A program made the translations under genes and the position numbers. 64,000 bases of DNA from Phoronis australis. Lineage: Eukaryota; Animalia; Phoronida. The notes under the pieces are model-generated. The model saw only the letters and a program-made list of their open reading frames with translations, had not been told where the DNA came from and ran no database searches. Within the stretch, counting starts at the first letter, position 1. Every line of letters begins with the position of its first letter. Shown piece by piece: positions 25,401 to 37,405 of this stretch. The DNA lies in the NCBI GenBank assembly GCA_002633005.1, contig NMRA01000024.1:769786-833785 (forward strand). Direction: 5' to 3'.

Positions 25401-28400
25401 ATAGACAAGGGGTCGGTGTAAATAGACCAAGAGATTTTAATAATAGTTAGAACAATTCATTGTGCCGCAACTAGTGTCAGTTTCAGTGGCTGCTCCCCCT
25501 TGTGTATTACAGTGTAACTATCAATAGGTGTCAGTTTCAGTGGCTGCTCCCCCTTGTGTATTACAGTGTAACTATCAATAGGTGTCAGTTTCAGCAAAGT
25601 AACTTATTGTCAGGTAGTGTTTACAGAATCGACTGCTGTTCATTTTGTAATGTTAAGTGTTACTTTTATTGCAAATTAGTGTATACAGACAATTTGAACA
25701 TTTCTTAATCATTCTGTGAAGTTTAATTCAGTCAGTTTGATTTATAAAATATAGTGCTTTTGAAAATGGTACTATGTCATAACTCTTGCATAGTGAATTT
25801 CCTGGAATAAGTATGCACTGTGTGTTATCCTTGACCTAAACAGAGGAGATAATATGAAAATCCTAAAATGAACAAGAAAGGAAGAGATTGGTTGATTGTC
25901 TTGTTGGCTGTCAGTCACCAAACTTGGCCACAAATCAGTTTCATTTAATGTACAGTTACTGTTGGTTTCTTCTATCCTAGGGCCTGTTTGCCATTATGGA
26001 AGCTAGAAGGAAGGCGTTTTTCAAGCGAGGACAGGAACCTTCTAAACTAGCCGTGATTGGTCCATTCCAGCTGAAGTACTGGTTTGATAGTGTCGACAAG
26101 GATCTCATACCAATCAATCAGCTCATAGAGTATGTGAGACTGAATAGAGTCACTTAGGGTTATGTAAACCCTAAATTTCCTAATTTTTGTATTGTTTTTG
26201 TTTTAAAATAACTGAGTTGCTGGCCACTATCAATTGGTGAATTACACATTTTCTGAAAGTATTAGTCGAAATGAATTCAGCTATGACGTCCACAACCCCA
26301 TGTACCACTATGGTCACGTGAGTGGGTGTTTTAGGCAAAAAAGTTTCTGTTTCTGAAAGGTATGTAATTAACAAATTGAACCTTAAATTTTAATCCTTAA
26401 AACTTAGGATGACAAAACTATGACAAATTTGGTCCAAAAGCAAGTGTGGGATTTTGAATGAAACAAACTGTTTTTTTTTAATCTGCGCTCATTTTTCCAA
26501 AAGCAGCCCGTTGTCGGCCATTTTCAATTCCACTCACTATTTAATCACTCAGTGCTATTAAACTGATCTCAACTCATACCTTACTCCTGTTGACATGTGA
26601 AATGACAAATCTTTGTTACAGAATATTGAACTTATTGAGAGGAATTTTTCAGTTGTTGTTTTGTTCACCAAAGGTGAATATGATTCCATGTTCAAACTGG
26701 GAGAAGTTGAGTGCTGAAAACAGCAAATCGAAATTGAGCAAATTGCAAAGCAGATTACTTATGTCTTTTGAGAGACATTTAAGATTTGAACTTAAAAATA
26801 GAAGTTGTTACCCTTGTCATATCACCATCCAAATACTCTGTGTTTTATTGTGACATCACAGGTTCTTTTCAATACAACACGTAGTCTCTAACCAGCTGGA
26901 CGATGAGAAGAGATTGATATTCCAGGATTACCTGAAGAGACTACATCTGACTGAGGTACACAGACTGCTGGGAATGTCACGCATAGTTGATACTGTTGAT
27001 ATTGTTGATGCACGTTGATATTCAGGCTGATATTCAGTTTGATATTCAAGTTGATATTCAGGTTGATATAATCAGTTAATTGTCAAGTTGACATTCAAGT
27101 TGGTAGCTTTGTTAATGACCACGTTCAAAATGTAAGTTGATATTCAGGTTGATATTGAAGTGATAGTCAAGTCGTTAGTCAAGTTAGTATTCAGATTGAT
27201 ATTGAAGTGATAGGCAAGTCGTCAGTCAAGTTAATATTCAGGTTGATATTGAAGTGATAGTCAAGTTGTTAGTCAATTTCAGGTTGATATTGAAGTCAGT
27301 GATAGTCAAGTCGTTAGTCAAGTTAATATTCAGGTTGATATTGAAGTCAGTGATAGTCAAGTCGTTAGTCAAGTTAATATTCAGGTTGATATTGAAGTCA
27401 GTGATAGTCAAGTCGTTAGTCAAGTTAATATTCAGGTTGATATTGAAGTGATAGTCAAGTCGTTAGTCAAGTTAATATTCAGGTTGATATTCATATAGTC
27501 AGTCATGTTGACATTCAAGTTGATCATGAATGGTGTAAAAACTACTGATTTATGCTGGTTCATGCTGGTTCTTCTGGGAGCTGCAGGGTAGCACGCTTCC
27601 ATGGTAGACTATAAAATAGTTTTAAATTTGCAAAGTGAATGAACTGTTAGGTTTTAGAAACACGGTCAAGTTGTTCATTTCATGCAGTGTTCTAATTGTG
27701 TTTAGGTTTACACCTAAACAAAAGTATCAAAAATAATACATTATCCTTTTCCGTAAGCGGTGACGTAATTGAATATTATAAGTTATATCATTTGAGACAG
27801 GATTTCACAGTTTTTATGGTTTTGTTGCAATCACAGCTATATTAAATTGACCCAGTGGTAATGTGGAATATTCTAACGATTCACGCAATTAATCCATCTC
27901 GAAATGTCAGCAAGTGAAAGAAATTGTTGATTGTTTTTAGTAGCCTAATGTCGTTGAGCTATGGCCTGTCACATTACTGTGCAGTTGCAGAGGCGTCATG
28001 CAACTTGCTTGTCAAGTGCGAATGGGTCTTTAGGGTTTCAAACAAATGTATTATTGAATGGTTGGTTTGAAGCCTGCGGTGTCGTCAGGAGCTAAACACA
28101 CGTATCATTTTCTGCGAATTGACAATTAGAACTGTATATAATTTTTGAAGAACAACTTTTCTGCTGGAAACCATTTCCAGATTTTTTGCTTTTACTTTGC
28201 AGAAAATGGGAATGTTTATAAAAAGAAGATAACATGTGACCAAATTTTGATTTATTTTAGTCTTGTTTCTGTGGTTATCAAAAATAATGTTGCCAGTGGT
28301 TACGTAATATGTTAAAGCCGTGAATAGTCCTTGGTTGAGAGATTACTCAAGTTCTGATAGTAGGTAACCTTGGAAAAAATTGTCATGTTCATAGTCATTC

Positions 28401-31400
28401 TGTCAACTATCACTATTCTGTTTCCAGCTTTTGCCTGTAGAGGTCAGGCACTGTAAACATGCCTATGGTGTTGTCGTTAGCCATCAGGATGGATGGAAGA
28501 TTGTGTACTCAGGTGACACCATGCCTTGTGATGCCTTAGTGGCTGCAGGTAATAAAGTTGCTATGTCTGTTACACAAGCTTGCTTGGTTCGGATTTGTAT
28601 GAATATGGTGAATGTCTGATGGTAAGCTACAGGGCTTATATTTGGAAAATGGTTTAATTTATTGTACTTTTCTGGTGCCCCAAATATTACCCTGGCCATA
28701 TTTTCAGAAACGGGGCCTATCAACAGAAAATGTCCCATCAACATTGATATGGTATGGGGACTCATATTTGTAGTTCATAGAGTTAAGTTTATTTAATAGG
28801 CAAGTGAAAAATTCAGTTTTCTTAAAACCTCATTACGTTGGACACTCACTCTGGGGGCCTGCTCAGTGTTCGCGGAGACCGGTATGTAAATTATCCGTGT
28901 GATTGACAATTTTCGGGATTCTTCTAAAGCCGTTGGAGCATCTTTGTGAGGCGCAAAAAGTGTATGGTAGAATTTCGCCGATTTAGGAGACAATATGGCG
29001 CACAATTGAAATTTTTTACTTAGCATCAAATCGATGGTTCACCCTGTTCAATTTCTGTATCATAGCTACTGTTAGAAAATATTTTGAAAAATTGTGGGAA
29101 TTCACACTTCAGCTGGAAATTTTATATACTTCCGCTTTGCTTCACCGCTTGTTTGACGCCTGCCCTTCTGCACTCGGCTCTTTTGCGGACTCGGTTCTCG
29201 CACGTGCTATGTTCCTCTTAGCCTTCCATGCCTTCCTGAGGGTCGATGAATTCACAGTCACCTCCTCACTCTCCTCCCACGTCATACAGGTCAGCGACGT
29301 CGTCTTCCCCCCCTCTGGCGATTCTGTGGTCATCACTATGCGGACCTTCAAGCACAGCTCGGGACCAGTGTCACTTACAATTCCGTCCAGCCAATCTCCC
29401 CATTGCCCAGTAGCTGCCCTAACCTTGTACTTGTCTACTTTTCAGCCCTCTCCTGGCCCCTTGTTCCAACACCTCAGTGGATCACCGGTTACCCGTTCCT
29501 GCTTCAACTCCATGTTAACTAAAGTNNNNNNNNNNNNNNNNNNNNNNNNNNNNNNNNNNNNNNNNNNNNNNNNNNNNNNNNNNNNNNNNNNNNNNNNNNN
29601 NNNNNNNNNNNNNNNNNNNNNNNNNNNNNNNNNNNNNNNNNNNNNNNNNNNNNNNNNNNNNNNNNNNNNNNNNNNNNNNNNNNNNNNNNNNNNNNNNNNN
29701 NNNNNNNNNNNNNNNNNNNNNNNNNNNNNNNNNNNNNNNNNNNNNNNNNNNNNNNNNNNNNNNNNNNNNNNNNNNNNNNNNNNNNNNNNNNNNNNNNNNN
29801 NNNNNNNNNNNNNNNNNNNNNNNNNNNNNNNNNNNNNNNNNNNNNNNNNNNNNNNNNNNNNNNNNNNNNNNNNNNNNNNNNNNNNNNNNNNNNNNNNNNN
29901 NNNNNNNNNNNNNNNNNNNNNNNNNNNNNNNNNNNNNNNNNNNATGGCGTTTTTTGCATGCCCATCTTGCAGAGTCTTAGTTAGTTTTATCTATTACGTC
30001 ATAATAAATGACAATATTCGCAATCCTCCTCTTGTTTTACTCTGCAACATAGCTCGTGGCGTACCCCGGGCAAAATAGATTACGATAAATTAAATTTAAC
30101 TTGTTAAATGCATTTATCGTCATTATTTTGACACTTGTCTCTTTATTTTGAGACCAGTCCTTAGGGTTTATTTTGCATTACTCATCTCTATTTATAGCCT
30201 CTAGGGCCTACTTTTGTATTCATACGTTTCTCTACTCAACTCCTGATTGGACGCCCATATTTCCTTTGTTCTGTTCAACGTGGTCTCTCATTCAGCCACC
30301 TACCTCGTCATCTACAAGACCTACGTTCGTTCTCTTCATTTTTTCCCCACCCCCCATCCCGGGTGTCGGTTCCACTTTCTCTTTGCTCGTATTCATTTCC
30401 TTAGGTTTTTTTTTTTTCAAGTTTTGTTTTCATGTTCTGTACTTTTCCTTTAAGCCCTTCAGGCAGTTTTTTTGTTTTGTTTCCTCTTGCAGGGCTATTC
30501 ATTGTACACGCCTGTGGGCGTTTTTTGCATGCCCATCTTGCAGAGTCTTAGTTAGTTTTATCTATTACGTCATAATAAATGACAATATTCGCAATCCTCC
30601 TCTTGTTTTACTCTGCAACATAGCTCGTGGCGTACCCCGGGCAAAATAGATTACGATAAAAATATGTAAATCATGAACCGGCGTGGAAATATTGATGACA
30701 AACATCTTTAAGTCTGGTCTGCACGCCACCTGTTGACCACATCACGTGACCTAATGACCATCAGTCTGAAAAGATTTCTGCCCCCTACTGGGACTCGTAA
30801 CCCAGGACCTTCTGTGTTTGGCAATTATTTATAGCGAAATTTTATTTTGGCCTAACTTGTTGTTAAGCCTTCAAGCTATGTGGGCTCTTTGATAATCAAA
30901 CAACTTTTTTGTGTGCCCATAAATAATTCTATTCTCGTATGCATGTAATCACGTGATTATCATTTTTTCAGGGCAAAATTGTGATCTTCTCATACATGAA
31001 GCCACAATGGAGGATGACATGGCTGAAGAGGCTTTGGTTAAAACGCACAGGTACGTGCAAGGGCTACAGAGTGGCACTCTTGCACATATCAGACACAACT
31101 TGGATTTATTTAAAAAGATACTAAACCCTAATTGTTGATTTCAACCCATCCTCATTCTGTCCCCTGCTAATTCGTCATTGGCGTCAATCTTGCAATTTTA
31201 AGACAGGAACCAACTAATAACTCATACTCACAGATTAGACATTATGATCCTTGGTAGGGTTTTTTTCCAACTAATTCGCTAAAAATATAGGTCACTCTTG
31301 CCCATTTAGCAGACTTTGAAATGAGTTTTCAAAATTTCTTCCAAACTTTTGAGGATTTTCGAGGGTTACGGAGCATTATTTTGTTGTTTAAGTATCTGTT

Positions 31401-34400
31401 AATTGGCCAAAACCGGGTTGGGTGTCCTTTTAAGGGACAATGAAGCTACGTCCTCTGTAAATGACCAACTTTTTGTCAAAGCAAATTCAATTCTATAAAA
31501 TCGGTCTCGTCTTGTTCCAACTTGATTTTCTTTGGATACGGTAATTTTATCCAGTTACTTCGCACAAAGTAATTTCCAAAATTGTCATTTTTCAACATTT
31601 TTATCCGTATTGTGTCTCAAATATGTGATGAGTTTTCGTATTTTGGGTTGATGAACCTGTAAAGCAAGAGGTAGCGCACCACTGTCTTCTGACTGTTTTG
31701 AGTTGGTCATTGTGTTTGCTTGGTGAAATGGTCTGCAGTCTTTAGACTGTTGGGCCATTTACGTCGTGTCACTTGAGTGACTATTGGAGTTGTACTTAGG
31801 TCGGGAATGTAGTAATTCAGAATACGTTTCAGACAACCAGTGGTTTGTATTTTTAGTAAAAGTCACACCAAGTAGGTTGATTGTCTCCTCCAAACTAAGG
31901 CTGCAATATTGCTCTGTTGTTGACTCATTACCACACAGTGGTTATGTAAAGATCTCATCATCTGCGGACTAATCTAGTTTCCAAAATTCCCCTTTCATCA
32001 TTTTTTAGGGCTTTTTACTTTGTCGTGAATGCCCACAACTTTTAAAAATATGGTCTGTTGGTAGTATGGTACAAAACTTGGAACTTGTAAAATCATTACT
32101 TTAGTGCCTTGTATCTTTCACAGAAAAATGGGAAAATAATATTTCACTTACTGTTCCAAAATTGGTGAGGTTTTACAGTACATGCATCAGATGATGTCAC
32201 AAAGCATACTTGTTCGCTCGTGTTTCTGTTCACATCCTGTTTTGTAGTATGTCTTATTTTGAATATTAATTCACTCTTCCAGCACGACGTCCCAAGCCAT
32301 TGACATCGGTATGAGAATGAAAGCAGGGTTCATCCTCCTCAACCATTTCAGTCAGCGATACGCCAAAATACCTCTCATCAATGCCAACTTCTGTGATAAA
32401 GTGGGAATTTCCTTCGACAACATGAGGGTATGTGTGTTTTTTTGTGAACTCCACAATGACAGAATGCAACTGCATTAAGTTTAGTTGCATACTTGTGTAG
32501 CAATTATGCGGGCAACATATCTCAGTTATTTAATGTTTCATGATGATTGGTCTATATGTTTTAGTACTTCTTGTGTGTTTTAATGACCAGGTTCTGGCAA
32601 AACTAAATTTTTCTGGTGGAGATTAATAATAAAATATGTTTAAGCTGCCTTTGCTGTTTTTTGTTGAAATAAAATTGGGCTTAGATTACACCTGAACAAA
32701 ATTAGTTTTAGGTGTTCATTTCAGGGGCATAGCTTGGATTATTATTGCTTCCTGGGGTAGAAAATAGTGTTGCCTCCATCCATAACTAATTTCATGTGTT
32801 TGTGCCACTCTCCCTTTGTATGTGCTTCCCCCTGTTGGAGTGCCTTACCTCCAACTTTGCCAGTAATTAGTTTAGTTGTGCTATAAGTATCTCAGACTGG
32901 TGGATTTGATTCAATGAGTATCATTTTGATTATATGCCCACAAAAAATCTGATCACGCACAGTCGGCAGCATTTACCTTTGCTTGTCAAAAACCGCTTAC
33001 AGCAGATCATGATGGCAGAGTTACATGGCTGCGATGTGCCTGGGTCACTGGATTTTTGTATAGCTTTAACTACCTTGGCATTACTTGTTTGCCATTTTAG
33101 TTTTCGACTGGAAATTCCTTGTCGGACAATTTTTGGTGAAATGATTTAATGAATTTTACCGAAGCTTGTCACAAAGGTATGTTGGGAATGCATGAGGTAC
33201 AGTTGGTTTTTGAACAGATTTGACTACCATGGTATCCATGGCTATTTTTAGTTTTTGATGAAACATTTCTTGTTCGTCAATTTTGGCGAAATGTATTGAT
33301 CAATTTTATTGAAAGGTGCCACTACTACTGTGGCATCTTTTAATAGCTATTGTTTTCAACAAGATATTTCATGTCCGTCAAAATTACTGTCAAAACAGTT
33401 TTGCAGGTTTTTACAAAGCCTGACAAGCTGGCAGGCATGCGCCAACAATACAGTCAATTTTGGCACAAATTTGACTGTTGTAGCTACAGTACTCACGGAA
33501 ATTTTTCTTGTCCGTCTGTCATGATTATGAAAAATCCTCGTCAGATTTTGATGGAACTTGACACAGAGATATATGATGGTTGCGTTAAAGCACCAGAGAT
33601 GTTCGACTACTACTGCTCCCCTCTTGACTATTTCACTTTTTGACAAAGATACTGGTTGTCCATTGATTACTGTGAACATGGTTGACAGATTTTTGATGGG
33701 CCTTGTGTGTAGGGCACCAGCACCAGTTGGTTTACAGCATTGATACACTATTATTGTGGCTAAAGTAATCTTAATTGCATCATAGGAAACTAGTTCCTGC
33801 TTGTACGCGGACTATGTCATCGTCAACACTTTTGCTCTAATATTATTGTAAGGATGCAGACAAGTTCTTCAAAATATATAAATTGAATTAAAAAATTAAA
33901 GTAAATATTAAGAACATTCTTAATCAAGGATCAAATTTCTTGATTTTTTTAAATGTAGAAATATTAACTCGTACCCATTAATCTAGGTATTTTTAAGTCC
34001 TCGATGATTACAGAAACGTATTGTGTACGTGAACGTTAGATGTGTGGTCACGTTACTGTTTTTTTAAAAAAATGACATTTCTCATAGAGATTTCCATGAC
34101 ATCCACAGACATGATGTTTTGCAAAAAAATTACCAATTCTGTTCTTTAATTCCATTATTAGTTACGTATGAGTCTGGAATTTTCCGTTAACTTAGACTTT
34201 TAACCCACAGATTTGACTGTTAAAAATCAAGACTCGTTGTCGTTTCATAGAGTGCTTAAATCTTCATTTTTGACAGCTGAGTTCTGTGTCTTAAAAGGTA
34301 CATCCCTGAAGCCTTTTCAACTGGTGAAAAAAGCAAACTCGATTTGCAATTAGTTTTGTGCAAAAAAATTTAATGGGTGGAAGTGGTCTTCATGAAACAA

Positions 34401-35772
34401 TCACATTTTTAGAAATGGTAACATGATTATGAACCTCTGGGCATTATTTTGTATGCAGAGTAGGTTTCTGTGGTCATCAGGAATTTTATAAATATATAGT
34501 TTGTTAGTTGAAATTAGTAATTAAAAGGATATTCAAGAAACTTAATCCTGGCTAATGAAGGTTTTTAGTTAGCTTCAAATATTTGAGAAAATGTCCTGTG
34601 TCTGTTGTGAGGTCAGAAACTGGTAAAACAAGTCTTATGTTCACCATCTCTTTTATTTCAAATACTTTTAAAATATTTTAATTTGAAATCACTACAATGT
34701 ATTGTTGTTGGGTTCTTGTGAAAATTCCTTTCCTGTTCTTTGAAAACAATAACATTAATATTGAAGAAAAAAATGCAAAACAAAGCAAAAACATTTTTAT
34801 ATTAATGTACTGTTGTTTTGGCTTGAATTAAAATTTACAATGACCTGCTTGTTTCCTAAATTATTCAAGTCAATTTATTTCAGTACATTAAAGGTTGCTT
34901 ACCAAATCAATGGTTGGTGCCTGCAAAGGATACCACTGTAAAGCTGCAATATCAAAGTGACTTAGTTGCCACTGTTCACACAGTAGGTGACTTGACTGTT
35001 AACTAGGCAATCTGACCTTGGGGTCAAGTCTGTTGGGCATGTCTGGGCAAGAACAGTTTCTTCTTTAGGGTGAGGCTGCCATGGGCATGCCCAAAATTGC
35101 CCAGACTTTGTAAGATGTGGAAGATAATAATACACCCTTTTGAGTAGTACCATGTTAATGAAGCCCCAGAACATGAATAGAGTAAATGGTATAGACATCT
35201 GTTTAGACTGCTTTTCAGTGGGTTTGCTACTTTGCTGCTGGCTTGTGTGTGTGGGCTCTTGAGGTTAGACTGTGGTCTTGTAGTCTGAGAGTTTCTTGAT
35301 TCCAAACTTATGTTGAGAATTAGTGGGCAAAATTTCTGGTTTCAAGAGTTTAACCAAAAATTAAGTCTTTTTGATATGTTATGTACATGAAGTTTTTATT
35401 TATACTTCTATTTAAATGCAAAACTTACTGTACCGGTATTATTTGTATGTATTCTGGTCCATGCGTTTCCATTCGAAATGCGGCAAATTCTAGATTAGTC
35501 TGAATTCTACTTCACTCAGACATAAGTTCAGCAGTACGATTGTACACCCATATATTTGTTTTAGTAGATATTGTTTTTCAGCTTGTTTTCCATTAAGTCT
35601 CAATTTTTTATAGGTCAATCTCCAACAGCTGTCTCTCCTGCCTCATTTCTTCCCCACCCTCAAGTCAATGTTTCAAGAACACTACGCAGAAATGGAAGAA
35701 AAACTCAACCGTAGGAATATCAAACGCAAGTTAGACCAGCAGGATGGAACTGTGACAAGTTCAAAAAAATGA
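4461..35772 (+). CDS. ELAC2: Zinc phosphodiesterase ELAC2 / tRNase Z long form (multi-exon; N-terminus not resolved)
   Basis: 21 GT-AG exons join in frame (2190 nt, 729 aa + TGA): 4461-4660, 6921-6991, 11091-11155, 12786-12840, 14101-14166, 14910-14959, 16144-16202, 16701-16761, 17926-17977, 18615-18771, 19242-19380, 20120-20217, 21035-21165, 23036-23132, 24517-24658, 25981-26129, 26862-26955, 28428-28548, 30972-31050, 32283-32427, 35614-35772. Motifs: [18 protein letters not shown], exosite [33 protein letters not shown] (PxKxRN), [18 protein letters not shown] (HxHxDH), [22 protein letters not shown]. Confidence 0.96.
4785..5230. repeat. Diverged ~235-bp tandem duplication
   Basis: gtcaaaaaacgaatcatttcccattaa at 4785 and 5020; tcatattccc, taacctaatt and tcggatctcg recur at a similar offset. 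Confidence 0.75.
7021..7190. repeat. 42-bp tandem repeat (4 copies), each with a CCAATCA box
   Basis: g(t/a)ccaatcaca.ttga at 7021, 7063, 7105 and 7147. Confidence 0.85.
8926..9127. mobile_element. Possible PIF/Harbinger-type MITE
   Basis: ggggcccattcgaacaaa ... tttcttggaaagggctcc imperfect TIRs around an AT-rich ttaag/ctta core. Confidence 0.4.
11580..11992. mobile_element. Element with ~65-bp terminal inverted repeats, each carrying a minimal hammerhead-ribozyme motif (Penelope-like derivative)
   Basis: Left arm aaaaacaacaacggctttaaaccggcttgacatgtttcggcatttattgaaacaccatcatcag is the reverse complement of right arm tgatgatggtgtttcaataaacgcggaaacagtcaagccggtttaaatccgttgttgttttt. Confidence 0.75.
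11605..11646 (-). ncRNA. Minimal type I hammerhead ribozyme motif (intact core)
   Basis: Minus strand reads CUU-CUGAUGA-U-GGUGUUU-caau-AAAUGCC-GAAAC-AU-GUC-AAG: both conserved boxes, 7-bp stem II, 3-bp stem I (CUU/AAG), palindromic ACAUGU in place of stem III and a GUC cleavage triplet. Confidence 0.7.
14325..14600. mobile_element. Older one-armed relative of the 25142-25449 hammerhead fold-back family
   Basis: 14325-14425 aligns by eye to the left arm of the 25142 element (aaaatctattggtctatatacacc...cacgacatttc...ctccggccatcttcag). Internal inverted repeat aaaataatcagacaaaat / attttgtctgattactttt. Confidence 0.55.
16778..17188. mobile_element. MITE, Tc1/Tigger-like (TA-CAGTGGAG...CTCCACTG-TA)
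   Basis: TIR tacagtggagtcc / gggctccactgta. A related copy starts at ~10237 and shares ttttacgtggatttaatgg. Confidence 0.65.
21230..22680. repeat. ~3.3 tandem copies of a ~440-bp unit (3 x ~147-bp subunits), probably a non-autonomous Helitron/Helentron-type element
   Basis: Recurring blocks tttcatgaaatttgg (~21246, 21674, 22124, 22569), atcaaccaaaccgc, aaaattggcatgtatgttt, ctgtatctcctaaac and gcgccacctagtgg. The superfamily assignment is inference. Confidence 0.8.
23867..24490. repeat. 48-bp minisatellite, 13 copies
   Basis: Unit ggtccttcataacattaatgaccatgttatcttactatgatctttact; 624 bp = 13 x 48, near-perfect. Confidence 0.97.
25142..25449. mobile_element. ~308-bp fold-back (near-complete palindrome) with a degenerate hammerhead motif in each arm
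   Basis: taactattattaaaatctcttggtc... / ...gaccaagagattttaataatagtta; the arms pair over ~145 bp. CUGAUGA...(G/A)AAACGUC at 25200-25240 (-) and 25350-25391 (+). Confidence 0.8.
25474..25594. repeat. 54-bp tandem duplication (2.2 copies)
   Basis: gtgtcagtttcagtggctgctcccccttgtgtattacagtgtaactatcaatag x2 plus a partial copy. Confidence 0.9.
27015..27525. repeat. 47-51-bp minisatellite built from ~12-bp aagttgatattc-like subunits
   Basis: Unit tcaggttgatattgaagt(cagt)gatagtcaagtcgttagtcaagttaatat repeated ~7 times, with degenerate flanks. Confidence 0.92.
29120..30660 (+). mobile_element. 5'-truncated tyrosine-recombinase retroelement (DIRS/Ngaro-like) in an ELAC2 intron
   Basis: GC-richer ORF with [19 protein letters not shown]...ITMRTFKH...[10 protein letters not shown]...PGPLF...GSPVTRS, typical of the YR integrase of these elements. 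It runs into the N gap and is followed by two 144-bp direct repeats (29946-30089, 30517-30660). Confidence 0.78.
29526..29943. other. Assembly gap (N run)
   Basis: ~418 consecutive N. Confidence 0.99.
30735..30817 (-). mobile_element. tRNA-derived SINE fragment (same family as 37282)
   Basis: Reverse complement reads cagaaggtcctgggttacgagtcccagtagggggcagaaatcttttcagactgatggtcattaggtcacgtgatgtggtc. Confidence 0.7.
31945..32180. mobile_element. Dispersed ~200-bp MITE family, several copies in window
   Basis: Shared gtgaatgcccacaa...ggtagtatggt...tttcactt...aaattggtgaggttttacagta. Further copies at ~58480-58666, ~62275-62476 and inverted at ~63089-63255. Confidence 0.65.
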
Positions 35773-37281
35773 AACTACACCTAATTTTGGAATTTGTAAT
35801 CAGTGGCTAGGATATTGTAGTTTCCAAGTTGAAGACTGTCTTGTCAGTTGGTGGTGACAGCAAAGACCAAGTTAAATTACCAGCGACTTATGAGTGGTTA
35901 CGCGAGGGAATAAACTAAAATGGCAAAATAATGTTATTTTCTGGAATTTATTTCTTACAATTTATTTCACTCTTGATGAAAACTGTCAGGTCTTTATGAA
36001 AATATCATTTTTAATCTCTCTCAATGGAAGACTTTTCCTAGAGCATCTTCGCTGGTCAGCTAAATACTGGCATTTAATTTTTTTGAAATTTTGACATTTT
36101 GGCAATTTACAAAACAAATAAACACCAAAGACCCGGCACTTACCATCAGTATAAATAACACATAATTTACACAGTTTATGAACAATCGTACCATCTTATA
36201 AATAACTGACACACTATGAATACCTAAATTATAGGTAAGCGTGTGTTTAATAAAAATGTAAAAACAGCAATATTCAATAAAACTAGACAAAACGTACATC
36301 TTGTAGAAAAATACTTTTAAAAAATATGACAATGCTAGGATTCTGAAATGAAACGTTTTTGCGCCTTCAAAATATTGAATGGCAATAACAGAAACTCCTC
36401 ATACTTATTTCAACGTTCAAAATCAAATTTCTTAATTTCAATTGAATATCATAATTTTTGGCAAAAAAAACATTCAATCCATTTTCAGACTACAAGGATA
36501 CAAGTCGCTCAACAAGAGAATTGTTCAGCTTACGTCATAATGTCGATATGAATATGAACAATTGAACGTATTTTCAACTTCACACAAGAATTGTGAGAAC
36601 AGGCACAACTGCGAGTCCTCCGACTTACACTTATCATGGAGAAATGCATTGTGAACACAAGCCATGTGGAAGGAATGCTAAGTAAAAGCTTCATAAGAAA
36701 TGCAAAACCAGTCATAAGACACGCCCATTGGTCCCACCCCTTTCCAAGAGGTAAAAGAATGCACAACATTATCTTCTGGATTCTTCTAAGGAAACGGGCT
36801 CCGTTCATAGTTTGAACAATGGGCATAGAATGGAATGCTGGTTTGCTTTCAGCATGACCTTTCACCTCGTGTTAATACCATATATGGACAAGAAGCCTAG
36901 TTTTGACAAATACATCTAGATGTATGCACATATGTATCACATATGTATACTTACAACATACATTACTTAAAAAGGGTTCAAACATACCAACAAGACATGC
37001 AGCAGATATTCAAATTTGCCAGTCTTCTTACAAAAGAGGAAATGAAAATGAAGTTTTCATTTATTACAGTAATTTGTGAGGTGCACTCTCAATATAAACA
37101 TGTACTTTGATAAGCAGCTCTGAAAAAGGTCAATATGAAATGATTCAGAAATAAGAATTTTCTTAGGTGTATTTTTGTAGCACGATTTGAAATCTACATT
37201 TTGAAAAATATGAACATGTAAATCTTTATGGGCGGGATGAACACTGCTAAAAGTCTGATTGGATTTCTCTGTTGGACCAGT

Positions 37282-37405
37282 GGTCCCGATGGCTCATTGG
37301 ATAAGAGTGTCTGTACAGTTGACAGGAGGTCCCAGGTTCGAGTCCCGGTAGGGGATGAAATCTTTTCAGACTTATGTTCATTACGTCACGTGATGTGGCC
37401 AAGAG
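37282..37405 (+). mobile_element. tRNA-derived SINE
   Basis: A box tggctcattgg and B box ggttcgagtcc, followed by gaaatcttttcagact...gtcacgtgatgtgg. A homologous copy lies on the minus strand at ~30735-30817. Confidence 0.75.

Noticed and set aside
29092-30078. 328-aa ORF (and 148-aa reverse ORF) spanning the gap
   Set aside because: The length is an artefact of reading through Ns; only ~29120-29525 is supported as YR coding.
37282-37355. tRNA gene
   Set aside because: Acceptor stem does not pair, the anticodon loop is non-canonical, and the downstream body is shared with a dispersed copy, so it is a SINE.
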